IMG/VR virus record: IMGVR_UViG_3300045988_094522
DNA length: 45,880 nt
From: a virus
Reading direction: 5' to 3' (one strand)
A program made the translations under genes and the position numbers. Every line of letters starts with the position of its first letter. Positions within the stretch are counted from its first letter, which is position 1. A model generated the notes under the pieces. That model ran no database searches, was not told the origin of the DNA, and was given only the letters and a program-made list of their open reading frames with translations. Below, piece after piece: positions 8,237 to 16,547 of this stretch.

Positions 8237-8593
8237 ATGGGTGACAATGTAAATCACCCTGCCCATTACGAAACAGGTAGATTTGAGTGTATTGACGTTA
8301 TGCTGGAAACCCAGGGTACGGAAGCAGTAAAAAGTTTTTGTATCTGCAATGCACTCAAATATATCTACCGTCACAAACGAAAGAATGGGTTTGAGGATAT
8401 AAGAAAAGCTATCTGGTATCTGAATAAAGCTGTTGAATTGGAGGATAAAGACCATGAGAAAACTGAGACGAAGTGTAGCAAGACACAATATGTTGCGGGC
8501 GGGATTTACCCGGCTGAACAAAAAGGGCGGGGATGGAAGAAGCACTTTTTCAAAGCTGTGGAGAGAGTACGTTTAAGGAGGGATAAGCCATGA
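8237..8593 (+). CDS. DUF3310-family phage protein
   Basis: NHPAHYETGRFECIDVM...ICNALKYIYRHKRKNGFEDIRKAIWYLNKA matches the family signature. The C-terminal ~45 aa are low-information and overlap a nested ORF. Confidence 0.65.
   Translation: MGDNVNHPAHYETGRFECIDVMLETQGTEAVKSFCICNALKYIYRHKRKNGFEDIRKAIWYLNKAVELEDKDHEKTETKCSKTQYVAGGIYPAEQKGRGWKKHFFKAVERVRLRRDKP
8454..8576 (+). CDS. Possible nested small basic protein (40 aa)
   Basis: GGAGG lies 8 nt upstream of ATG 8454. MRKLRRSVARHNMLRAGFTRLNKKGGDGRSTFSKLWREYV. It stops just before the RBS of the next gene. Below the track's size cutoff. Confidence 0.35.
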   Translation: MRKLRRSVARHNMLRAGFTRLNKKGGDGRSTFSKLWREYV

Positions 8594-9642
8594 AGTGGAA
8601 TGACGATAAGACAATTACGATTGTCCCACCGAAAAAACCGAAGAAAATCACGGGTACACGGTTTGCGGCGATTATGGGGCTGAACCAGTGGACTACCCCC
8701 TTCAATGCCTGGTGTGCAATCACCAGAACTTATGAGGAACCTTTTGAGGACACCATTTACACTGTGGCTGGTAAGACAATCGAACCGAAGCAGGCTGACT
8801 TTATGAAGAAGTCCTATTTTATGAGTAACCTCATTTCCCCTACAGATGTGTACGGGAAGGATTACTTCAAAAAGACCTGGGGTGACTTCTTCCATGATAC
8901 GCCTATCTTTGGTGGAATGTGGGACTATTTGCTGGTAGATAAGGACGGAAAGCCTACTACTGTACTGGAAATGAAAACCACGAAGCGCAGTGAGGATTGG
9001 CTGGATGATGTGCCTGAGTATTACGCTTTGCAGGCGGCTCTCTACGCTTACCTGTTGGGAGTGGATGACGTTATCATGGTGTGTTCATTCCTTGAGGAAA
9101 AGGATTATGAACACCCAGAAGATTATCAGTGCAGCACAAAGAACACGATTGTTCGTCCCTTCAAGCTGTCTGAGCGTTATCCCACCCTGAAAAAGACCAT
9201 TGAGCAGGTGAAGAAATGGTGGAAAACCCATGTGGAGGGCGGCGTGTCCCCTAAGTATGATGAAAAGGCTGACGCTGATATTCTGAAAGTGCTGCGAGAC
9301 AATAACCTTTCTCCTGACACGGATTTGGACGCTCTGGTAAAAGAAGCAGAAAGCCTTATGAGCCATATCGAAACGGTATCTGCCACAATCGCAGATGACG
9401 AGAAGCGGCTAAAAAAGCTGAAAGAACTGATTAAGGCGGCTGCGGTCAAACAGTTTAAACCGGGTGACAAGACCGTGACGATTGAGGGTGGCTCTTACAA
9501 CTGGGTAACTTCTGTATCTATTAAAAAGAAGCAAGAGTTCAACGTAGGGGCTATGGAAAAAGACGGGGTTTACAGCAAGTATGTAAGCGAGACAGAAATC
9601 CCTGAGTATAGGTTTACGGCAAAGAAACGGGAGGATAAGTAA
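8590..9642 (+). CDS. YqaJ/lambda-Exo-type PD-(D/E)xK recombination exonuclease
   Basis: ITGTRFAAIMG, AGKTIEP, DYLLVDKDGKPTTVLEMKTTK and YYALQAALYAYLLG. Partnered with Erf. Confidence 0.75.
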   Translation: MKWNDDKTITIVPPKKPKKITGTRFAAIMGLNQWTTPFNAWCAITRTYEEPFEDTIYTVAGKTIEPKQADFMKKSYFMSNLISPTDVYGKDYFKKTWGDFFHDTPIFGGMWDYLLVDKDGKPTTVLEMKTTKRSEDWLDDVPEYYALQAALYAYLLGVDDVIMVCSFLEEKDYEHPEDYQCSTKNTIVRPFKLSERYPTLKKTIEQVKKWWKTHVEGGVSPKYDEKADADILKVLRDNNLSPDTDLDALVKEAESLMSHIETVSATIADDEKRLKKLKELIKAAAVKQFKPGDKTVTIEGGSYNWVTSVSIKKKQEFNVGAMEKDGVYSKYVSETEIPEYRFTAKKREDK

Positions 9643-9644
9643 TT

Positions 9645-9773
9645 ATGTATGTAAATGCGTTTGTTCTGGGAGTGCTGGCTACTCTGTTTGTAGAAATGGC
9701 TCTGGTTATTGGAGTCGCAGTCTGCTACGGAATTTATGAAAGCCGTCATTCTCATAACAAGAGAAGGGGGTAA
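9645..9773 (+). CDS. Small membrane protein (42 aa)
   Basis: MYVNAFVLGVLATLFVEMALVIGVAVCYGIYESRHSHNKRRG. Fills the gap between the exonuclease and the methyltransferase. Confidence 0.4.
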   Translation: MYVNAFVLGVLATLFVEMALVIGVAVCYGIYESRHSHNKRRG

Positions 9774-9779
9774 TGCCCT

Positions 9780-10894
9780 TTGCTCAAATATATCAGCTTA
9801 TTCAGCGGTATAGGAGCCTTTGAGAAAGCCCTTTTCAACATTGGCGTACCGTATGAACTGATAAATTATTGTGAGATAGATAAGTACGCAAGTAAGGCAT
9901 ATTCTTTGATACACCATATCCCCGAAAGTAAAAATCTGTGGGACATTACAAAGGTGAATGAAACCGCTCTCCCCTCAGATGTTGACTTGATTACATACGG
10001 CTTTCCCTGCCAGGACATTTCTATTGCGGGAAAGAAACAGGGATTTGTAAGTGAAGATGGGAAAAAGACCCGAAGCGGGTTGTTCTTTGACGCATTGAGG
10101 ATTATCGAACACTGCAAACCTAAAGTGGCTATTGCAGAAAACGTGAAAAACCTGACCAGTAAAAACATGAAAGGCATTTTTGATATTGTTCTGAACTCTC
10201 TGGACGAAGCGGGCTATAACTGCTACTGGAAAGTAATGAACGCTGCTGATTATGGTATTCCTCAATCACGGGAACGAGTGATTATCGTATCAATCCGTAA
10301 GGATATTGATAATGGCTCTTTCCAATTCCCTGACCCAATTCCTCTTACATGTTGTCTTGCTGATATGTTGGAGGATGATGTGCCAGAAGCATTTTATCTT
10401 TCAGAGGATAAGACCCGAAGCGTCATTTCTCACAATGATAAACACCCTGGTCATATTGCAGACAGGGGGGGATATGCCCCACGCTCCTATCAAGAGACTG
10501 CAAAGACCCGAAAGTGATAATTGTGCCTATGAAAATCATTCAGGCGGCAGATTTGAACCATTACGGTAATGACCAGATGAACCGTATCTATTCACCAGAA
10601 GGGCTTGCCCCAACACTGAAAACCGTTAGTGGGGGGGGACGTGAGGTGAAAATAGAGGATAACGGGAGATACCGAAAGCTGACACCTAAAGAGTATTTCA
10701 GACTGATGGGATTTACAGACAGTGATTATGAAGTGCTTGCGTCCAATGGTATTTCCAAAACACAGATTTATAAGATGGCTGGCAATTCGATTGCTGTTAC
10801 CATGCTGGAACACCTGTTCCGAAAACTCTACCCCGATACCAGTCGGATTGATACCTTAAAGGCACAATCTCTGGATATATTACGAAAACTATAA
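9780..10894 (+). pseudogene. DNA (cytosine-5)-methyltransferase split by a frameshift at a G7 tract
   Basis: The upstream frame (TTG 9780) has motif I FSGIGAFE, IV GFPCQDIS, VI ENVKNL and VIII QSRERV. After 10465-10471 the family sequence continues in the -1 frame: GGICPTLLSRDCKDPKVIIV...GLAPTLKT...YKMAGNSIAV (motif X). One extra G would give a single 371-aa ORF. Confidence 0.8.
10465..10471 (+). repeat. G7 homopolymer at the methyltransferase frame break
   Basis: gacaGGGGGGGatatg. A second, in-frame G8 lies at 10631-10638. Confidence 0.9.
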
Positions 10895-10907
10895 GGAGGA
10901 ATTTACA

Positions 10908-11402
10908 ATGGCAAAAATTGGTTTGAGTGAGGGGTTTTCCCTTATCCCGAAAGGCACTCATGTTTTCCAGATTGTCAAGGTCAACTATAAAGAGGATTTT
11001 GGCAAGATGGAAGTCACCATGCAGCTTGCTTCCGGGCAGAAACACGTTGAACGGTTCTCTCTGCTGGACTCTAACGGGGAGCCGAACCAGGGTGGCTTGA
11101 ACGCTTTCAGCTACTTTGCAAAGACCGCACTGAATGATTTTTCCCTTACGGAAATCGACCATGAAGATTTGGTAGGGCATTTTATCCGTTGTGAGGTTGA
11201 CCATGAGGAAGTAGAAAGCAATCGTACCCCTGGGAAAATGCTCAAGTTTGTGCGGCTGGGTGATAAGGAGCCTGCGGATGGTTTTGATGAAGAAACCGCT
11301 GCGCCTAAGAAGGAGACGAAGCCTGCCCCTGCAATGAACCCGCCTGAGACAGCGCATACCGCAAAGAAAGGCGGATTTGACCTTGACACTTTGTTAGGGT
11401 GA
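10908..11402 (+). CDS. Hypothetical protein, possibly DUF669/SSB-like
   Basis: 164 aa. IPKGTHVFQIVKV... core, a Pro/Lys/Glu-rich linker and a C-terminal tail GGFDLDTLLG that resembles SSB-type tails. Sits in the recombination/replication block. Confidence 0.3.
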   Translation: MAKIGLSEGFSLIPKGTHVFQIVKVNYKEDFGKMEVTMQLASGQKHVERFSLLDSNGEPNQGGLNAFSYFAKTALNDFSLTEIDHEDLVGHFIRCEVDHEEVESNRTPGKMLKFVRLGDKEPADGFDEETAAPKKETKPAPAMNPPETAHTAKKGGFDLDTLLG

Positions 11403-11494
11403 GAAAGATGACCTGCGGAGAGTTAAGGTTTACGCCTAAACTCTCCAATGGTTATATCTGAAAATATCAGAAACAAAGAAATGGAGGTTTATTC

Positions 11495-12031
11495 ATGGAT
11501 AAAAACGGACGTGTGCGGCTGTTTTATCAGATTATGAAAGAGGTCTTTGACAAAAAGACGGTAACGTTGCTTATTGCAAACCTTGAAAGTATCGGTTTCT
11601 TTGACGCTCCTGCTTCTACGAAGTATCACGGGAATTATCCCGGAGGGCTGTTTGACCATAGCTTTGCCGTGACCAAAACGCTTCTTTCCCTCACTGAACG
11701 GCTGGAACTCAAATGGAAGCGTCCTCAGAGTCCTTACCTGATTGGTATGCTCCACGACCTATGCAAGTGCGACAACTATATTCGTAAGCCTGATGATACC
11801 TACGAGTATAATACAGGGCTTACTTTGACGGGACATGGTGATAAGTCGGTCATTATGACTCAGTCGCTTCTTCACCTTACGGATGAAGAAATTCTCTGTA
11901 TCAGGTGGCACATGGGAGCCTATGACAGTAAGGAGAACTGGAACGCTTATGGAGCGGCGATTGAGCAATACCCTAACGTACTCTACACTCATACTGCCGA
12001 TATGATAGCGGCAAAAATTCTCAAAGTTTAA
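11495..12031 (+). CDS. HD-domain phosphohydrolase
   Basis: STKYHGNYPGGLFDHSFAV, LIGMLHDLCK and GHGDKSV...RWHMG. Confidence 0.7.
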   Translation: MDKNGRVRLFYQIMKEVFDKKTVTLLIANLESIGFFDAPASTKYHGNYPGGLFDHSFAVTKTLLSLTERLELKWKRPQSPYLIGMLHDLCKCDNYIRKPDDTYEYNTGLTLTGHGDKSVIMTQSLLHLTDEEILCIRWHMGAYDSKENWNAYGAAIEQYPNVLYTHTADMIAAKILKV

Positions 12032-12044
12032 GGAGGGATTTTCT

Positions 12045-12428
12045 ATGAAGAAATTTGTTGCTTTGCTCATGGTTATGGTTCTGGGAATGTGTATGCTGAC
12101 GGGCTGCACTGAGTCAGACCAGGTTTCCTATAATATCAGTAAGGAAGCCAATAACTTCAATGTAACCTGAAAGCTGACCGTTATCAATGCCCGCACTGAT
12201 ACGGTATTGCTTGAAATGATTGGCACATTCTCACTCAGCAATAACAGTACAAATGAACTGGAAATTATTTGTGAGGTTGATGACGGTATCTACCAAAAGC
12301 ACTTTGTTCATCTGAATGAATATACGCTGTATGTGGTGGAAGATATTTCTGGTGCGGAAGTAGATAAGTACCATTATGAAATCAACTTCCTGCCTGAATA
12401 TGGATTTTCTGTTACTCACAGTGATTAA
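12045..12428 (+). pseudogene. Lipoprotein gene interrupted by one in-frame TGA (12168-12170)
   Basis: MKKFVALLMVMVLGMCMLTGC (signal peptide plus lipobox) ...NNFNVT-TGA-KLTVINARTDTVLLEMIGTFSLSNNSTNELEIICEV...YHYEINFLPEYGFSVTHSD. The frame is the same on both sides and there is no other lesion. Confidence 0.65.
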
Positions 12429-12442
12429 GGGAGGGTAAAACC

Positions 12443-12778
12443 ATGACTGGAAATGAATATCAGAAGTTGGCAATGAGAACTTGCAGTATTCCCTATGATA
12501 AGAAGGATGACCGTTTGAACCATGCTGTTTTTGGTCTGACTTCCGAAGCTGGGGAGGTTGCAGGAATTTTACAGAAGGTGTACCAGGGACACCCGTTTGA
12601 CAAGGAGCATATCAAGAAAGAACTTGGTGACTGCCTGTGGATGATTGCAGAAGCGTGTGAAGCACTGGACTTTGGGATGGATGATGTTATGCAGCTTAAC
12701 ATTGATAAGCTGAAAGCCCGTTACCCAGAGGGCTTTGACACTCAGCACTCCCTTCATAGGGCAGAAGGTGATGTGTGA
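12443..12778 (+). CDS. mazG: MazG-like nucleoside triphosphate pyrophosphohydrolase
   Basis: NEYQKLAMRT, GLTSEAGEVAGILQK and ELGDCLWMIAEACEALDFGMDDVMQLNIDKLKARYPEGF. Confidence 0.8.
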   Translation: MTGNEYQKLAMRTCSIPYDKKDDRLNHAVFGLTSEAGEVAGILQKVYQGHPFDKEHIKKELGDCLWMIAEACEALDFGMDDVMQLNIDKLKARYPEGFDTQHSLHRAEGDV

Positions 12779-13284
12779 TGAAATATCACAATATCACCCA
12801 TGATGATATGAACAACGGTGACGGACTGAGAGTAGTTCTCTGGGTATCAGGGTGTGAACACCACTGTAAGGGCTGTCAAAATCCCGTCACTTGGAACCCT
12901 GATGACGGTTTGGTATTTGGGAAGCGTGAAAGGAAGGAAATCTTCAATGCTCTCAAGAAACCGTATATTGCAGGGATAACATTTTCTGGTGGAGACCCGC
13001 TACACCCTTCTAATCGTGCCTGTGTATACCTTCTGATGAAGGATATTAAGCAGCGGTTCCCGAAAAAGACAATCTGGGTTTATACGGGGTACACTTGGGA
13101 TGAAATTATGGCAAACAAATATCTTCCTACCGTTATGAAGTATGTGGACGTTCTGGTGGATGGACGCTTTGAGGAAGAACTGAAAGACGTTAATTATCAC
13201 TGGGCGGGGTCTACCAATCAGAGGGTAATTGATGTGCCGCAGACTTTAAAGGAAGGAAAGGTGGTACTGTATGAAAGTCATTAA
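12778..13284 (+). CDS. nrdG: Anaerobic ribonucleotide reductase activating protein (radical SAM)
   Basis: DMNNGDGLRVVLWVSGCEHHCKGCQN (CxxxCxxC) and FSGGDPL. The ATG overlaps the mazG stop (TGATG). Confidence 0.85.
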   Translation: MKYHNITHDDMNNGDGLRVVLWVSGCEHHCKGCQNPVTWNPDDGLVFGKRERKEIFNALKKPYIAGITFSGGDPLHPSNRACVYLLMKDIKQRFPKKTIWVYTGYTWDEIMANKYLPTVMKYVDVLVDGRFEEELKDVNYHWAGSTNQRVIDVPQTLKEGKVVLYESH

Positions 13285-15397
13285 GAAAGATGGAACACTG
13301 GAAGATTACAACGAGCAGAAAATTATAAACGCCGTTCATAAATCTGCTGCAAGGGCTATGGTGGAACTGACTGAAAGCCAGTATGCGGATATTGTGGCAA
13401 GAGTCAACGCTATGGTTAATGACAAGTTCTTTGGAGCCGTACCCGTTGCAGAAATGCACAATATGGTAGAGAAAGTTTTGGATGATGTGGAGCCGAGAGT
13501 TGCGAAGTCCTATCGGGATTATCGTAACTATAAGAAGGATTTTGTTCATCTTATGGACAAGGTATATCAGAAAAGCCAGTCTATTCGTTTTATCGGAGAT
13601 AAGGAAAATGCCAATACGGACTCTGCCCTGGTTGCCACCAAACGCTGCTTGATTTTCAACGAACTCAACAAGCGTCTGTATCGTAAGTTTTTTATGACTC
13701 AGGACGAGTTGCAGGCTTGCAAGGACGGCTATATCTATATCCATGACCAGTCTGCCCGTCTGGACACCATGAACTGCTGTCTCTGCGATATTGCTTCCAT
13801 TATGACAGGCGGTTTTGAAATGGGTAATGTTTGGTACAACGAACCGAAAGCCCTTGATACTGCCTTTGACGTGATGGGAGATATTATTCTTGCCACTGCT
13901 TCTCAGCAGTATGGCGGCTTTACCGTCCCGGAGGTTGATAAAATCCTCTCTCCCTATGCTGAGAAGTCCTACAAAAAGTATGTGGCAGAATATATGGAAA
14001 TCCGCAATCAGCAGACTTTTACTACGGAAGTCCGGGACTGGGCTATGCAGAAGGTACGCCGTGACTTTGAGCAGGGTTTCCAGGGAATTGAAATGAAGCT
14101 GAACACGGTTGGTAGTTCCCGTGGAGATTACCCTTTTATCACAATGACCTTTGGGCTGGCAACTGATACGTTCGGTAAGATGGCAGCAATCACTTTCCTT
14201 GACGTGCATAAGAACGGGCAGGGTAAGCCTGGGAATAAGAAACCCGTTCTGTTCCCGAAGCTGGTTTTCCTCTATGACGAAAATCTTCATGGTGAGGGTT
14301 GTATCAATGAGGACGTGTTTGAAGCAGGTATTCAATGCAGCGCAAAGACCATGTACCCTGATTGGCTTTCTCTTACGGGAGAAGGTTATGTGGCTGAAAT
14401 GTACAAAAAGTATGGCAGAGTGGTTCACCCTATGGGGTGCAGGGCTTTTCTCTCCCCGTGGTTTGAACGTGGCGGCATGACTCCCGCTGACGAAGATGAC
14501 AAGCCTGTATATGTCGGGCGGTTTAATATCGGCGCAGTTTCCCTTCACCTGCCTATGATACTGGCAAAAGCACGAGAGGAAAACAGAGACTTCTATGAGG
14601 TGCTTGACTACTATCTGGAAATGATTAGAGGTATTCACAAACGCACTTATGAATATCTGGGGGAAATGAAAGCCAGTACCAACCCGATTGCCTACTGTGA
14701 GGGAGGTTTTTACGGCGGTCACTTGAAGCCTACCGATAAAATCAAGCCGCTTCTGAAACCCATGACTTCCTCTTTCGGTATCACGGCTCTCAATGAGTTG
14801 CAGGAACTCTATAACGGAAAGTCCATTGCAGAGGACGGAGCCTTTGCCCTGGAAGTTATGAACCATATCAACGATAAGGTAAATGAGTTCAAGCAGAAGG
14901 ACGGCTGGCTGTATGCAATCTACGGTACGCCTGCGGAAAGCCTTTGCGGATTGCAGGTTGAGCAGTTCCGCAAAAAATACGGGGTTATTCATAATGTTTC
15001 TGACCGCCCGTATGTGTCCAATTCGTTTCACTGCCATGTGACCGAAGATATTACCCCTATTCAGAAGCAGGATTTGGAGGGGCGGTTCTGGAACCTGTTC
15101 AACGGTGGGAAAATCCAGTATGTAAGATACCCTGTAGATTACAATATCGAAGCCGTAAGAACGCTGGTAAAGCGGGCTATGAAGCTGGGATATTACGAAG
15201 GTGTAAACCTTTCTCTGGCGTACTGTGATGACTGTGGACACCAGGAATTGGAAATGGACGTTTGCCCGAAGTGTGGCAGCAGGAACTTGACAAAGATAGA
15301 CCGCATGAACGGCTATCTGTCTTACAGCAGAGTCCACGGCGATACACGGCTCAATGCTGCAAAGATGACTGAGATTGCAGAAAGGAAATCCATGTGA
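13271..15397 (+). CDS. nrdD: Anaerobic (class III) ribonucleoside-triphosphate reductase
   Basis: 708 aa. N-terminal ATP-cone (VIKKDGTLEDYNEQKIINAV), C-terminal Zn site CDDCGH...CPKCGS, and a glycyl-radical-type tail RMNGYLSY. Confidence 0.9.
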   Translation: MKVIKKDGTLEDYNEQKIINAVHKSAARAMVELTESQYADIVARVNAMVNDKFFGAVPVAEMHNMVEKVLDDVEPRVAKSYRDYRNYKKDFVHLMDKVYQKSQSIRFIGDKENANTDSALVATKRCLIFNELNKRLYRKFFMTQDELQACKDGYIYIHDQSARLDTMNCCLCDIASIMTGGFEMGNVWYNEPKALDTAFDVMGDIILATASQQYGGFTVPEVDKILSPYAEKSYKKYVAEYMEIRNQQTFTTEVRDWAMQKVRRDFEQGFQGIEMKLNTVGSSRGDYPFITMTFGLATDTFGKMAAITFLDVHKNGQGKPGNKKPVLFPKLVFLYDENLHGEGCINEDVFEAGIQCSAKTMYPDWLSLTGEGYVAEMYKKYGRVVHPMGCRAFLSPWFERGGMTPADEDDKPVYVGRFNIGAVSLHLPMILAKAREENRDFYEVLDYYLEMIRGIHKRTYEYLGEMKASTNPIAYCEGGFYGGHLKPTDKIKPLLKPMTSSFGITALNELQELYNGKSIAEDGAFALEVMNHINDKVNEFKQKDGWLYAIYGTPAESLCGLQVEQFRKKYGVIHNVSDRPYVSNSFHCHVTEDITPIQKQDLEGRFWNLFNGGKIQYVRYPVDYNIEAVRTLVKRAMKLGYYEGVNLSLAYCDDCGHQELEMDVCPKCGSRNLTKIDRMNGYLSYSRVHGDTRLNAAKMTEIAERKSM

Positions 15398-15400
15398 TGT

Positions 15401-15832
15401 ATGAGCAATGGGAAAAGCAGTCACGGGGGGGGACTCTCCCCAATCGGTATTGAAAATCTGAAAATTGCAATCGTAAAGCAGGCGGCGGATGATTATATCG
15501 ACCTGCGGGGTGGATTTGCCGTGGAGACTGCTGAGTGTAATTTGAAAGAAATAAAGAGGTTCTTTCATTCTGACTGGTATTCACTACTCAGCAAAGTAAA
15601 CCCCGATTACATTCTTGAAGAACTGGAAAGGAAACTGAAAAAGATGGAACTGAAATACACGATTGCGAAGGAAAGAGGGAGTAGCCATTATTATGTCCAT
15701 GAAGTGGGCAACCCCTCTCCTATCCCGAATACCTACGGGACTAAAAAGCAGGCATTACATAAGGCGGCAAAACTGAATGACCTTGGATATAAGGACTACA
15801 TGAAGGTTCGCAGAAAGGCAGGTATGGAATGA
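15401..15832 (+). CDS. Hypothetical protein
   Basis: 143 aa. A G8 tract at 15425-15432 lies in codons 9-11 (HGGG). No recognisable motif. Confidence 0.5.
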   Translation: MSNGKSSHGGGLSPIGIENLKIAIVKQAADDYIDLRGGFAVETAECNLKEIKRFFHSDWYSLLSKVNPDYILEELERKLKKMELKYTIAKERGSSHYYVHEVGNPSPIPNTYGTKKQALHKAAKLNDLGYKDYMKVRRKAGME

Positions 15833-16533
15833 TTAAGTTTGAACATACAGAGACTTACGGCTGGGAAACGGCTATTCGTGGTATGAGAAATCCGTTGAAC
15901 TCTTGGGCAAAATCTGATAGCTACCCGGCTGTAGATTGTGGTAAATGTGGGATTGTAGACCGTGAAGGGGTATGTGTTCCCAAAGAACATGACTGTACCC
16001 CATACCGCTGTTATGCAATAGGTGAAAATGACCTGGCTCTCATGAAAAAGTTGAGGGCAGCAGGAAACGACCACGGGAAGTTTATGCGGATGATTACCGT
16101 CACGGTTGACATTACCGCCCCTCTCTATTGGTGGAAAGAGTTTGACACCTATAAGGTGGGTACGGTTGCTAATTCCTGCTCCACAATGCACAAAATTCAG
16201 GCAAAGGAATTTACCTATGATGATTTTAGTATGGAGCATATCGGAGATGTTCCGAACTGTGACCCCATGTACAGTGAAGCACTGGATTATGTGATTATGG
16301 CTCTGAATGAAGCCCGTCACTGCTATCTGGACACAAAGGATAAGGCGTATTGGTGGCAGATGATACAGCTTCTTCCTACGTCATATAACCAGAGACGAAC
16401 GGTACAGCTTAACTATGCTGTTCTCAGGAATATCTATCACAGTCGGCAAAATCATAAGCTGAATGAATGGCTGGACTTCTGCGGCTGGATTAAAGATTTG
16501 CCGTATAGCGAACTTATCACCGACACAGAGTAA
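15829..16533 (+). CDS. Hypothetical protein, possibly a divergent ThyX-like fold
   Basis: GENDLALMKKLRAAGNDHGKFMRMITVTVDITAPLYWWKEFDTYKVGT parallels the ThyX helix pattern, but the RHRxxS motif is not seen. Lies in the nucleotide-metabolism block. Confidence 0.3.
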   Translation: MIKFEHTETYGWETAIRGMRNPLNSWAKSDSYPAVDCGKCGIVDREGVCVPKEHDCTPYRCYAIGENDLALMKKLRAAGNDHGKFMRMITVTVDITAPLYWWKEFDTYKVGTVANSCSTMHKIQAKEFTYDDFSMEHIGDVPNCDPMYSEALDYVIMALNEARHCYLDTKDKAYWWQMIQLLPTSYNQRRTVQLNYAVLRNIYHSRQNHKLNEWLDFCGWIKDLPYSELITDTE

Positions 16534-16547
16534 AGGAGCGTGGGGTA

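Noticed and set aside
12168-12170. Genome-wide TGA reassignment (code 4-like) suggested by the in-frame TGA
   Set aside because: TGA terminates many well-supported genes at sensible ends with coupled restarts (3503-3505, 4888-4890, 12776-12778, 17331-17333, 30085-30087). Only this one gene has an internal TGA.
13211-15568. 785-aa minus-strand ORF. Similar long antisense ORFs occur at 2399-3400, 5553-6482, 26112-27113, 28668-29651, 33574-35955, 36819-37733, 38112-38957, 39929-40921 and 44116-45048.
   Set aside because: These are shadow ORFs opposite well-supported genes (nrdD, polymerase, portal, capsid, tape measure, tail, endolysin). They have no RBS, odd composition and no recognisable motifs.
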